Origin: Bispira polyomma | Lineage: Eukaryota | Length of the DNA stretch: 64,000 nucleotides | Assembly: GCA_965649765.1 (NCBI GenBank) | Contig: OZ287751.1 | Span: 95,666,001-95,730,000 of the forward strand | Direction of reading: 5' to 3' | In this document: piece after piece, positions 15,301 through 30,300 of the stretch | Position numbering within the stretch: the stretch's first letter is position 1 | How the letters are laid out: the number at the start of each line of letters is the position of its first letter | Made by a program: the position numbers and the translations under genes | Notes under the pieces: model-generated | What the model saw: only the letters and a program-made list of their open reading frames with translations | Told to the model about the DNA's origin: nothing | Databases searched by the model: none

Positions 15301-18300
15301 GAGACATAAACCACGGGGAGACTTAGCTCATTAATAATTCAATGCTTTGCCATGTTTTCATTGCAGGGTGGTGCTTTTTTGAATTGTTACAGAAAATGGC
15401 TTTTGTGTGATTAGAGTTTCTAACAGAATAAAGATGACTGTCACTAACTCACTATGCTCTGTAAATGGTTTGAGATACAAAATTGTTAAATTTATAACTG
15501 GAAATCCTGTTTCAAACCAGTTGTTGCTTTTTTGTTTTTTTTTATTAAAATCAAGAACCGGTGAAAAAATCTTCAAAACCTTGAGTTGTTGAATTCAGAT
15601 TATATTTACACAGGTTTCCATAGTTACGTTGACTTTTACAGTTGGGGCATGCTTAACTGATTTTGTGTTCTACCAATTATTATTGAAGAAAATTAAAGGA
15701 TCTAAAAACTGTGTTTTCATCTTCTGATTTTCTTTTTTACCAGTTAATAACCAATTGTCAACTGGTTTAAGTGGTTTTATAAGCCGAAGCAAACCCACAC
15801 AAGTACAGAACCCCGTTTTTCTGATTTTCTTTAAAACCATGTACCAATAGCTGGCTGTCGTCGGTGGGTTTTATAAGCCGTTAAACCAACCCCGCCAGCT
15901 CTACCCTTCACACAAATACAACAGAACCTCTATTATCTGAGAGTCTATAATCTGAATACATGTATTTCTTTTTGTGAAGTCTGTCTCACTCTCCTAAATA
16001 CACGTGTCCCACAAAATGTTAGCTCTCCAAAAATGTTTGGATAATAGAGTTTCTACTCTGTAATAAAACTACAACTTGTGTCAACCTAATGCAGGCCAAC
16101 AGAAACTAGACACACCATTGATAACGGCATTCATGTTTCTTGACACATAAATATAATGTGTGAATATCCATGATATAAACCCATATATATAATATTTATA
16201 GCACATTTCCTGTAAATGAGTGGAAGCCAAACATTGTAGATGGTACATGCTGGATAGTAAAGAAGAATAATACCCCCCCCCCTCGCCTCCCCACCTCCCC
16301 CCAAAGCAGGGGAGTGACATAACAACTACATTTACTATAATTTTAATAATCAGCCACATGATATGTAATAAGCAAAGAATGCAACACCATATGATATGAA
16401 CTGGTCAAATTGATTCAAACCAGTCCTTGCTAATGATTTAACATTGCCAGGAGTTAGGGGACCAGAGTACATAGAAAGTAACAAAATACATCCAGTGCTT
16501 GCTCTTAATTTATCATTATGTTATTACTCCCAAGACAAATTACGGTAAAACCTAATGAATTCTTAATGAGAGTAGTTGCTAAAGGATACACAATATGTGA
16601 AACCTGAGAATTGGGTTTTACAGGTTTTGAAAATCCAGGGTTATAAATATGTACAAACAAACTTTGGATGCAATTTAAATTTTTACCAATCACATTTCAT
16701 TTACTTTTTACTGTACTACAGATGTAAGCCTATCAAATGGGAATGTGCAACAAATATTTTCACCAAATTTGGGTTTATCATGGGTATTTACATAGTAAGG
16801 TCATCACCAGTCAAAAATGGCACCCCAATATCACCAGATTTTCATGATATCACGATTAAAAACATGTACGTAAAATCCTTTTCCAAAATTCTTGTTGGCA
16901 TTATTTATTTACATTGTACTTGGTTATTGGTCAATTGTTTTGTTATATTTTAGGAAATACCAACATTTGTATGCTCCACTTGGTCACGTTTCTCCTATTT
17001 CATCTGTACGTTACTCTAAAATTAACAAACTTTTGTACTGAAATTAGTGGTTTGCATCCAAGTACCTAAATCAAACTATGAATTGGAAGTCTCCACAATA
17101 TCACGATTTCAAAACTGTAATCACAATTCTAAAACTTATACCTTGTCTCGATGATGTCACGATATAGCAGTGCACGATGACGCCTCTATTCGCACATGAT
17201 GTGTAGGGAAATATGAATATATTTATCCAGCTTTTTCTCAGAGATATACATCAGTGTGTTTTGTATGGCCAGATAGCTGACATCTTGGTCTCCTTATTAA
17301 AATATTAGGTCTAAGTTAAGAAAATTGTCTGCACCAGTGTTACAAAATGTGTTTTTGTACCCACTGAATCACTATGTGGACCCTAGCCTATACCTATACT
17401 GCAAATTTTTGTATCTAGCATGCTTTAAAGTTAAATTGCCATGATAGGCAAAACAACTAGAGGAAAGGTTTCAATGACCATAAAAAAATATACAGGTAAT
17501 TATCACGAATCATTTCTTTCAAATTTGTAACTGTTACAATGAGAGCATCTCTTGCTGATGCAATCTAAACCTTGAAACCTTACACAAATCTTGATTAGCA
17601 CAAAAAAAAAGTCAAGAAGAATTCTAGACCGAGTACTTATTTCTTTGGAATTCCTTAAAAGTTATTTTTCTAAGTGTCGACTTGAGGTCTAAATTAAATA
17701 CCTAGAAGTACATTAGTAGCCATATTAGTATTATTAATATTAGTAGTAATTCAGTACTGTATATATACCTTGTAGCTATATCTAATGGTATTTGATCTCT
17801 AAAGTGGTGCTTTATACTTGAATTAAAAACTTACATTTCTAATATTACAATTAACAATTCCATGTCCCGAACTGTCCTTATGATATACATGTATCATTTA
17901 AAGATATAAGTCTATACAAGCATCTCATGTGTCCAACTATAAGACTAAAACCATGAGCTTTTTAAAGTCTTAGCATTGTCAGACCTTCTAAGTGATTTAA
18001 GGCAGACAAAAACCCACAGTACATTTATTTTGTCAGACCAAAAAAAAAAAACATGATATGAATTGATCACAAGAGAATGGAAGCTATGACAGCAAGTTGA
18101 TAGAAGACAACCAACACTCATCAGTTACCTCTTGGGAGATAAAAAATAAGACTTGTATTACCACAGGGATGGTTTATTTTGTGGTTTTCATAATCAGAAA
18201 TAACAGCATCACAATAAATTGTCACATTTGTCTTTTGATGTGGACGTTTTTCCAAAAATTTGGATCAGTTTTTTTTAACATCTATGAATTAGTGACAATT

Positions 18301-21300
18301 TTTCTGAGACAAATACTTTGCAAAGCTAGATCTGCCACACATGAGGAAAATTTCTAATCTGCGACTGGTTCATTGGTTTCTTTACAAGGAAATGTGCAAT
18401 ATTACCTTTACATCTTGCTTACTGGCGGTTGTTGTATGCCATTGACAGTTGCAGGGCTGTCAGATATTGTTGATGTTTTTGTTGTGCAAAAATCACCATG
18501 TGCAGCCTACTTTACTTTTTTTTACACTACCTATTTCATATAATGTTCATATACAGTAATTACACTTTTACAAACTAGACCTAGTGCTTTGGAGAACCAA
18601 TGCATATTTGTATCCACCAGAAAGACAAAGCACTCTCGGTAGCAAGCATCTTAGGTAGAAAGCACCCAAGCTAGCACCCAAGCTAGGAGCCTATGATTTC
18701 CTTTAGGGCATTTATGCTAAAGCCTTAAATCGCACAAGTGGGTTTCACCTTGCAAACATGTGGGACCAATAAGTGTAAAATAGGCACCTTAAAGTTTGGC
18801 CTACCCGTTGACCTTTCACGAGGGATCCAAGGTCAAATCTGATCACAGCAAAAGATTAGCAGCCCATGATTTCCTATAGGTTGGTTTTACATCCCAAACC
18901 TGTACGACCAATAATAAGCGAGATATAGGCACTTTAAGTTTGGCCATCCGCATTTGACCTTGAACGAGGGGCCCAAGGTCAAATCTGAGTACATGAAAAG
19001 ATTCCCAGCCCATGATGCTCTTTTGATTGATTCGGAACTCCAAACCTGTCAGACCAATAATAAGCGCGATATAGGCACTTTTTAAGTTTGGGCATTCACA
19101 TTTGACCTTGAACGAGGGGCCCAAGGTCAAATCTGAGTACATCAAAAGATTCCCAGCCGATGATTTTCTACAGGTTGGTTTGGCACTCCAAACCTCTGGG
19201 ACCAATAATAAGTGAGATATAGGGACTTTTAAGTTTAACCATCCGCATTTGACCTTAAACGAGGGACCCAAGGTCAAATCGGACTACATCAAAAGATCCC
19301 CAGCCCATGATTTCCTATAGGCTGGTTTCACATCCAAAAATGATTAAAAATAAGTGAGATATAGGCAGTTTTAGGTTTGGCCATCCCTGTTTGACCTTGA
19401 AGGAGAGGACCAAGGTCCAATGTGAAACATCAAAAGATTCCCTGCTTAAAATTCCACATCAAAAGATTCCCTGCTTATGATTTTATATAGGTTGGTTTCA
19501 GATCCCAATCCTGTAGGACCAATATTAAGCAAAATATAGGCATTTTTAAGTTTGGCCATCCTTATTTAACCTTGAACGAGGGGCCCAAGGTCAAATCGGA
19601 CCACATAAAAAGATTCCCGGCCCATGATTTTCTATAGGTTTGTTTCAGATCCCAAACCTCTAGGACCAATATTAAGCGAGCTATAGGCACTAGGTAAAGT
19701 TTGGCCAAAATCGGTCACTTGGGGTACTTTGGCACTTTGTCAATGACCTTGAATGAGGAGATTCAAGGTCAAATGTCTGCATGCTTATAAAGGACAAATA
19801 TATCCATTAAACATATCACCTGTAAAGAGATTCAACCTTCTACAGCTGAGAAACAGTTAAAAGCCTGATTATTTTCAAAGAAATGCCCGTGACGGCCATC
19901 TTATTTGTCAAAATGAGGCCAAAATTATTCCAAGGCAAGGTTTTGTAATAAAGAACATTTCCTGTAAATTTCAGGAGCCTAGGTGTAAAAGTTTTCCTAG
20001 GGAGCGGTAACGGTAAAATCTCTACACACACTGATGCGGCGGCGACGTTAGCGGCGGCGTAACAATGACTAATCCATACTATCCACCGGAGTCACTCCTT
20101 CGGTGGATACAATTACAGTTTTAGTGATGTTTCAAGTGGATGCCACGACCTATGTGGTCCACTCAGATGTGTATCGGGTATGCATAAACATTTTTCGCAG
20201 TTTGTATGATTAAGTTTTAAATGTTTGGATTGTACAATTTCACCAGACCTCGATTGCAAGGACCTTTAGATCTGTATATTGGGCTACCTGTACAATACCG
20301 CCACATGTACACTTTAAACCTATACATGGTAGATTTATGGCTCACGTTAATCACTTTAACTTAAATATTGAGAGAAAACAGTTGACAAATGATATGTTAA
20401 TGCACAATATACGAGTAAAAATCCTAGTATCTTTTAACCCTCACAAAAAACCCAACACAATAGACAGCCGGCCACCTTAAAGGAATCAAGCCAGTCTATA
20501 CTGACATTGAAGTGGTATCAAAATCCAATCAATTACACTTATTTCATCCTCTCTCTCTCACACAATTTCCTATAAGCTATTCATCACTGTAAATTTCCTG
20601 GCTCCCAGATAAAATAGACCCCGTTAAAACAAGTTGACACTGGCAATGAAGTGTTGACACTAGAGAAAGACCCCCCAAGCCCACCCACTCCATTCGCTCA
20701 CTATACTGGGCTGTAAAGACCATAAGCCAATTACCTATGTCTAAAGTGGTGGTTCCATTTTCAAGTTCGATCGGCAAAATGGGCCTGACTTGGAGATCGG
20801 GATGACAAAGGCAGGAAAACAATAAAAGTGTGGGGAGACCTTGCAGATCGAACTGATTGAATCCCGTTTTGACAGGACACCGACCACTATCGAACTTGAG
20901 GTCCGTACTAAAACTGCCCCGGCCTCTACAATCCAGGGTAAGATTGACTTACTGGCGACAGGATCAAACATATCACCCTAGGATCGAACGTATTATCCTA
21001 GGAATGAAGGTATCGCCAACATGATCTAATAGATCCATGACCCTGACGTGTAAAAATCAAAGTCGGGACTGTTATTATTAAACAATAAATGACAAAATGG
21101 GCTTATATATGTCTTTTCATACATATATTCTTCTCAACCGCCCCGTTCAACCCATTTTCGCCCCCCGACCTATACATTTCAACAGGCCTGGTGTGAGATA
21201 AGACCTATTAGACAGAACGTATTGACAATACAATCGAACTTATTCGCTGATGCCGACCTTCCCGTTTTTAGAGGTCGGGAACACAAGTCAAGGTACTTTT

Positions 21301-24300
21301 AGAAAATATTAAAGATGTTGAATACCCTTACTGACCTTCCCGACCGCTCCGTTTTCGCTCCCAGACCTATACGGACAGGCCCCGTACCTCAAAATTAGGA
21401 AGATCAGAGATCAAATCGGCATAGTGGAACCAGCATTTAAGGGAACCTCAACCTGTGTTTTCATGTGACTGGAATTCTATCACTTTGTCTACTTTCGTAT
21501 AAAATGTTTCCATGTACCACATACCAACAGACGGAAGTTTATGTAAGCCAAACCTGGAGATAAAATATTTTCATTCCAAATAAAAAATACCAGAAAATCT
21601 CACACATGGAAACACTACCATCACCTGTCAGGTGTCAAGTTGTCTGCAGCCTTAAGACTGCAGACTCAAGGGCCTTACAGACTGACACAACACTACAATC
21701 AAATAGAAATAAGGAAAATATAAATATAATCTCCAAAATATGTTGTATTGTTAGATTCTGCTATTTGCAATAAAAGTATTGTGAGGGGAGGGGGGTGGGG
21801 AGGTACATTCACACTTTTTATATGGAATAGGTAGTGTGGTGTCGTGTTTGGTGTGTGTATGTGACTGTCGTACAGTGGAGTGTCGTTCTGTGTGGTGTAG
21901 TGTTTGGTGTGTATATGACTGTCGTACAGTGGCGTGTCGTCCCCTGTGGTGTGGTGTAGTGTTTGGTGAGTATATAACTGTCGTGTAGTGGAGTGTCGTC
22001 CCCTGTAGTGTGGTGTTGTGTTTGGTGTGTATATCACTGTTGTACAGTGGCGTGTCGTCCTGTGTGGTGTTGTGTTTGGTGTGTATATGACTGTCGTGCA
22101 GTGGCGTGGCGTCCCATATAGTGTCGTGTAGTCGGCGGTTTGTAAGGCCCTCAACGGCGATTGGCTACACATGAGCTAATTCTACTCCTTACATATTCTG
22201 TGGTATTTACTACAAACTTTAGAAAACCCAGACCCAGTTATTTATGCAGACGGTAAGACAGTTTCACATTGGCACTGAAGAAGCACATAGGACTGCATAC
22301 TAATCTCAGGCTTAGTGCTGAACCTTGAGCCAAAAAGTAGGGCTGTTTAGTGTTAGAAGGAATTTTCTTTTCTTTCAAAAAGAAGTAAGGCAAAAGTAGA
22401 GGAAAATGACAAAATGTAGCACTGTCTGTCTGACATATTTGGTCAAGAAAATTTATCTAACTTATGCGCCAAAAATATCATAATGTTGTAAATTTTTGCA
22501 AGCTAACCCTAAATATGTTACCTCTTGTGAACTTTAATATATTAATTTGCTACCACAAAATTTGCCAAAATAAAGTATTAAATTGCATTGGACATATCAA
22601 CAAATGGCCCAAAAGTAGACAATTCCATGTACATATTGAAAGTGTCAACTACACTCAATCATAATTTACACATTTATTTTAAAACCAAAAAAAACTGGTT
22701 TTGAATATTCTTGACTGGTGGTTGGTTTTAATAAAGAAACCAACCGACAACTGGCTTAACAGGTCTTTCCTTTATAACGTTAATGTTAAAAATCCCCGAC
22801 ACCCTGTAACATCATGTTGTTGTACTGCAGATGGGCAGTGAGCGTGGAGTAAGGACAGTTGGGTTTATTTACGAGTGAGCATTCCTCTTTCGACCTTGAC
22901 ATTACAGCTAACATTCTAATCTGATATACAGAAGAGCCCATTTTTACAAACCACTTAATAATGTTTGTAAGGTAAGTCTAAAAAGAAAGTCTTACTCACA
23001 AATAATCATAAGAAATGGTAAACAATACTACAATTTGGATCACTGTCATGCGTAATAAATAAACCTGGGAAACTGATGGTCTTAATCTGCCCTATCAAAG
23101 AACTGCCCTCAATCTAGTCTCCTACTTTCCATAAGTTGGTACATGTAATACATTAACTGCTCCCAGCTTAACCATGTGGAGATTCATCATCCATAAACAG
23201 CATTCAAAAAATGGTGTCGGCAATCTGCAGTCCCGAAGGATTACTTTAGTTTCATGTGACAGATTTATACGACCTTATGTCCAAACTTAATCATAGAGAC
23301 AAGGCCAAAAAATGAAGTAAACTTGTTTGTCTTCATGGGCCGTTTCTCAATCATTTTTTTCCAGTTTTCTAAATCTGTCCAATATTTAGAGCACAACTCA
23401 TTAACTCTGATTAATTGGACTCTATCAACTTACAGATACTATATTAGTGGTGAGTGTTAATTATCACATGCAATAGGGTCATTAATTAATAAAGGTCTAA
23501 GCTTCTTGTCATTCTGTGATGATTGAAGTACAATCATTCAAAAGTCAATGTAACTCCATTACCACTACTATGAATCTTGCAGATGCTGTGGGTCAATTAT
23601 TGTTGTTGTTGCAAAGTTGAACTTTTAAAATAACTATAACAGAAGAGACAACCATTTATCAACGTCCCCAAAGAGTCCCCACTAGGGACTAGGGACCCAG
23701 TGACAGGAGCCAGCCATTTTAAGTGGTCATCCGAGCCACTAGGCAAACGTATATGGAAATCTTGCCCAAAGGATGTCATCCCACCAAGAAAACTAGCAGT
23801 GTCTACCAGAAGTAGAAACACGAGACCTTCTGATCACCAGACCAGCTCAATAACCACTAAGTGATCGGGGACCTCAGCCTCATGGAGGACAAATACCACT
23901 GAAATTAGACGTGTGCATAATATTACAGATATATTTTCATCCTCAAACTGCAGGCTAAATTCACCCTCACACAAACTCACTTGGAAATCTGGGAATAGAT
24001 AAATAGCAGTTCAAATTTATATTTTTGAAAATTTTCCCAAAGAATATATTAGTTAACTATGTTGGACATAGTCAAAGGTAGACACTTTATTTATAAGAAA
24101 TCAGATGTGTACACTAAAACATAGACACATAGGGATTTTACCAGAGACAGTTTACTCACTTTACTAGTACATGAGTATTTACTAAAGCATCTCTCTTCAC
24201 GAGATATTTCAAACAGTGCTAATGTCCCTGCACAAGGAAAATCACAAAAAAATACAAATCATAGACTAATTGAAACAAATTGTGTTCATTTATTAATTAA

Positions 24301-27300
24301 TGCTCAAAGCTATAAAAAATTATGATTTGTCTACAACAATATTCGGCTCTTAGATCAAATTTCCCGACAATAACGCAAAATTAATGAAATATTTATGCAC
24401 ACAAAGCATTTCTCTTCCCACCATCTATTATTAACCTCAGTGATCCACGTTTTTTTTTATGGAAAGCCATCATCACATTAATGCTCACTCTGCAACAACA
24501 CTCATTTTTTTACTATCAATAAAAGGATTGATGCCACAAATATTATTACGTTGTACTTCCAGCTTTTAGGAAACACAAATGAAACCAATGATCAATTTAT
24601 AGCCAAGTGTGACATTTAAACAACAAATTATCTATCTGTGTTGAAGTACTACATGTTTTATTCAACAAGCTACAGAGCTGTTACATCATACTAAAATGTG
24701 CAAAATAATACTGCCAAACCTACTATTTTTAACCACACAGAATTGGCTAGCATTCTGACATTAAAGGATTCTCTAACAATGTTTTATTGTAAAAGACAAT
24801 AAGACTTTTCAAATTACTTAGACATTTTCTGACCGGAACCTGAACTTTTAAATCAGTCGATTAGATATCTTTTGACCTTAACCCGACCTTTTAACTCACT
24901 TAGATATCTTCTGACCATAACCTGACCTTTCACATCACTCAGATATCTTCTGACTTTAACCTGACTTTTCAAGTCACTTAGACCGCTTCTGACCTTAACC
25001 TGACCTTTCAAGAGAATTAGACATCTTCTGAACATAACCTGACCTTTCAAGTTACTTTTGATATCTTGTGACCTTAATCTTACCTTTTACTGTTGCCATA
25101 ACAGATTGGTAGAAATAATTGTGTGCATAATGATTGAATTTAATTTTTGTACCTCTTTTCGAGAACCTGTTTAGAGTTAGTGATATTGACTTGACCTTAG
25201 GCGACATATATCCCTATTTTATGTCACTCTCAAAAATCTTATATTCTCTAATGGTTGTTTCAGTTTAAGCTCAATACTTTTGATAGATACAGTATCTAAT
25301 TGCAGACATTAAATCTTATACTGCTAAACAAGAGAGGTCGGAGCCATTCACCAAGGTCATTTCCTAGGTTTTCCTTTCTTCTACTTTTAGATTATTACCA
25401 CCTGGTACGCCATATGTAAATAACTGGGCTTTTATCCTCTGAATTTACACTCAGCTCGAACTCAACTCTGGATTTTCTAAATTAGAACTTTTGATACAAT
25501 AACCATATTTGAAATTTGACACCATATTTGGATACGGTGTTGAAAGCTCTATTAAAACGAATGGTCACAAGTATAGGTTATTTCCATGTACAAATATTTC
25601 CACATAGCCTATATGTCAGTTGAATATGAGGTTTAGCATAAGTATATTTCAAGAATACAAGCCCTGTTCTATGCCGTAAACTCATAGGACCCACAAGTAG
25701 ACTGTAAAACCCCTCAAAGCCTCCTTCCTCCACAGCAAGGACTCCCAACTATTCTGACCTAAGACACTTTCTCTGAGGCAAATGTCAAAGCATTACACAA
25801 TGTAATTGCATCTTTCTAAACAATGTGAGTAAGTAGATTTTGCCCCTCAGTAAATTGAGTTTTCACACTGTAGCCAGAGAATTGGTGACTAATGGCGGGC
25901 GAGGGTTGATAAGTTGGGGCTCTTGCAGACTGGGAGTTAAAACAGGCCCTAGTTTCACAAAGTCCTCCTAAAGTTAGTAAATAGTTTCTTACAAAGTCCT
26001 ACCATTACTCTCCCTCAGTAGGACAACAGTAAGGGACTGCTAAACTCTTTCGACAAGCTCCTACTGAGGATACTGAGGACCTTGGTTTTCAAAGAGAGTA
26101 AGACTCACTAGATTAGGATATGGTGGTACAGAAGTTTTTATGACAATATACAGTTGAATTCCTTTAAGTGGAACCTCAAGGGACCAGGAATAATACCTCT
26201 ACTTAAGGGATTTCCACTTAACAGGGTAAATTTTAAAGCAAAATGCCTTTATGGGACTTCAAATTTATCTCCACATAACAGGGAAAATGACTAACTGAGT
26301 TCTACTTGAAGGGTTTCAACTGTATAACATGATCCTTACTCCTATACTAGTAGTTAGTATCCTACATAGTATGTGTAGTAGGGTTTTGTGAAAAATTGGG
26401 GCCCAACAATTCATATCAATTTTAGCTGAAAAATAACTTTCAAGGATAGAGTATCTGGCACCAGGGGTTTTCAGATAAGTCAGATCAAAGAGTTGTTATA
26501 AACAACCTAGCAGTGAGTGAAATTAGCAACGTCTATAAACTACCCACCTGAAACGATATGTTATTCTGATCATTGTAACAAAAATGGTTGTTCACCTATG
26601 GTAAAACATTGTGTGGAGCTAGAATAACAATGTCACAGAGGAGGCTTCTATCTAAACTCATAAAATATGTTGTATGAATAAATATGAATTCTGAAGGTAA
26701 TGTCCCAGCACTGAGATTAAATTGGTAAGGGCTTTTAAAACGCCCTAGCAAAAATGACATACATATAAAAGCACCAATCAGGATCCTGGATCTTTAATTA
26801 TCAATTCTTGCTGACGATTCTCAAGTTTCAGCTGAATAGGATGAGCTGGTTTTACTTGGAAATCAGTCATTAACTGTGAATCTAGGACACATTTAGTCTC
26901 AATTCAATGTGGACATGAACTACTGGGGACATGAACTACTTTATTTCCAATCCAGATCACAGCGAAATGTGCTCTTGATGCTCAATTGGTTCAATATAGA
27001 AATAATGTCCAAGAGTATATACTTTTATTTGTTGAATAACGGGCGGTACTTCCGGAACTAGCGGAAAAATGGACAAGCAACGATAAATTTTCCAAATAAA
27101 GAAGAGATTGAGGACTTGATTTGTATTGTAAAGGGTGTCTATTATTTCATTTCCTTAAATGTAACACTATCATCAAGAAATGAAAATAAAAATTGTTTCT
27201 AGTTTTGATGTTATTTTCCCAGGTTCAGCTATCTTGGCATCCATTATACTCCTACTAGATAATGGGTGTGTAGAACTTACGCACTGCACTGTCACGACTT

Positions 27301-30300
27301 CTGTTCACTGAGCACTTTCAGTATATATAGAGTAAGGAATCTAAAATTCGCTACTATATCTGAAATTTGCCATCAGGAAAATGTTGTCTTTTTGGTAGAA
27401 TCGTGGACAATAGTTGATAAAATGAGATTTTTGTGACTACTTTGCCTGACTTACCTCTAAATTATAGTTTTTTTCAGTCTTTTTTTTTTTTTTGTTTTTG
27501 GCCTTAAATTTTAGGGGGTGGCATATTTCTGATACAGTAGCAAATTTTTTATTTCTTACTCTAATTAACTACATATGACACTTTTCTGGCTGTAAATGCA
27601 AGTTTTACAATGAACTACACATACTAAAGATCCCCCCCCCCCCCCCCCCCAGACTAGAGAAGCATGTACTGAAATACAGAACAAATTGAGGAGTTTCAAT
27701 CAGAGGTACAAAGGGTATGCATAGTAAAGTCCAGGAATGTTCATTTTCTCCATCTCTCAGTAATATGGGATTGTCACACAGGAATGTAATAAATATTACA
27801 ACCATCAAAAACCCAAGGCTGTCAACAATCACCATGGTTACAGGCTAAATACAGGCTGTCAGTGTCAACACCAAATGTAGTTACACACCTGGGTCCCTGT
27901 TTATTAACATTCCAGCATGTAAAACTACCTAGCCTTTCCCTGGCTTACAATATGCAGACCTTATTTAAAACATTTTTGAATTTCAGGACCAGAAAGTTGA
28001 TTTTAGTTGTGTAATGGTTCTCGTAGTTACTATAAATGTACTATTTTCCAACATGGTGGTCATTGTAAGTAATTTTCTATATTTAGTGGAAAAATCAAAT
28101 ATATATATAGTGAATAAGCCAAAATATGTGATCCAATGTACGGTCTAAATGTTTTTTAAAGTCTTAATTAAAATGCTGTACCCACGGGAATGCCAATACA
28201 AACTTTAAATGTTTAAAATGAAAATGGTAGTTAATATAAATACACATTTTGGTGTGAGATAAATGCTCTCAAATGTTTTTGACAGCTATGATATAAAAGA
28301 TGCACACAAATTATGAATAGATTAGAAACTAAAAAGTGATAACACAATCTTAAGTAAATTTAAAAGAAGAAAAAATCCTCTACAATGTGTTTTTTTTTTA
28401 AATTGAACTTTTTTAGGTTAATTTTTTTATATATTTATTCATTGTTGATGTATACAGAACACAAAATTTTGTTTGTTTTTATACCTACTTTCCACCCTAT
28501 TTGTCCAATAATATACATAGTTTTTTTGGGTACATTTTGTACTAAAAGAGAAAACAACACGTGAATAAAACTACCAAATCTACCCATATTATTAAAAATA
28601 CTGTCCCAAATCTGAAGAGCGTACAACATTTTTTTAAAGCCTGACTTCAATTAAAACACTGAGGCTCTGCCACTAATGCACTGATGCAGATGCCTAACAC
28701 TCATGCATTGTACCTATTGGAACATTTACTGTTTTATTTAGAATCTCAGGGGAGGACTAAATACCTCTATTATCTGAACTTTCATTATCTAAATATTTTT
28801 TTTTGTGAACTCACTTTGACTCTGACAAATTGATGTTTTCCTAATGTTTTACACTAAATTCACTCTTCTATTTTATGAACATTCTATTTTTATCCCAATA
28901 AAATCTTGCTCTCCCAAGATATTTGGATAATAGAGGTTCTGCTGTATAAGCACTGCTAAGGCATTGCCAAAATCTCAACACAAGCTAAGATATCCTTTTT
29001 TCCTTGTACTTTAATGGATGGTTAAAACTAGGGGTGAGATGGGCCCTAAAAAAGCGGCCCGAATAATCGCTGGCGTCTAACTGTTTCGAAACCGTGTACC
29101 CGCGAATTTAGTATGCACCAATCTCAGAAACCAGTCTAACAAAATGGCGGCAGATGTAAACAAGCAATCAGTGACCGATAAATCGGTCATGTATTCGTTC
29201 ACTAACAGTAATTATGTCGACCTGTCAACCTAATGAACCTCGAAATGAACCTTAAGATGAGCAGGCTCATTTTATTGTGATTTGTTAGCTTTTTTTGTAT
29301 CAAAATCCGATGAGAAATGGCTGAGACATTCCAGCTTAAATACAGGTAAGATTTTGAAGTCACTTTTATTTTAGTGAGACCCGTTATTGGGCGGAGCCAG
29401 GCTTTCTCCATGTATACGCAAATATGACAACATGGTTGCAAAGACAAATGCCGTAAAATGTAGGCCAAATCCATGTCAAACGAGGTCACCAATTTAGCAC
29501 CGTTATTAGAGTTTGTTCAACTAAATGACTGCATTATACTGTAAATTAAAGCGGGGCGCTCACAAAATCCACCCCAAAAAATAAAATTCACGGCCGAGAC
29601 ATCTCTGTCGCAACACAAAATCTGCACCAAACCATCAATGAGTGAGACTAGCCTTGCTAGACTAACTTATTTAAAAACATGGGCCGAAAATAAGTAATCA
29701 ATTTTGACTGGGGCAATTTTGTCTAAGTTGTACGTTTGAGAAAAAATCCTTACTAATTTTGACCAGGGAAATCAGCCATTTTTATTGTAATAGTAAAATC
29801 CGGGGCTTTTGAAAAGGTGTACAAAATTTTAGTTTCCTCGTTGTCGGCTGTATGTAGTCAGTAATAATGTTGAACGATCTTGCCGCAGGTAAGTGCTACA
29901 ATATGGGGACACAACAGTCTTCTGGAATCGAACTGAGATTTCCGTTGTCCTGTTGTTTCTCTTATTGTTTCGCAAAACCCGCTAGAGGCTCTGGGGTCAC
30001 TTCCAAAATGTCTGACGTAAACAATTCTCGTGAAGATCGTTTGCAACTGTATAATTTACTAAAATAAATTCTTATCTTAAGTGTTTTGAAAATGCATACA
30101 TATGGTGTTCTGAGATAGATTGTTACTGATTTTTCGCTTATATAGGCTGTTTTTATAAATACGGGCCATTTTCAAGGCCAGTAAGTGAAGTAGAACTGAA
30201 ATACCATTTTATTCCTGAAAGTTTCACTGTAAATTAACTTTAAACACTGGTTCTAAATATTTCCAAGAGTGACACTAACATTATTCTTATATTGAAATTA

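Noticed and set aside
18408-18506. Minus-strand 32-codon frame ending ...PPVSKM* (PTS1-like) as an alternative peroxisomal last exon
   Set aside because: The available AGs lack pyrimidine tracts and give phase 0 or 2, whereas the upstream donor is phase 1; it would also drop the conserved C-terminus. Probably chance.
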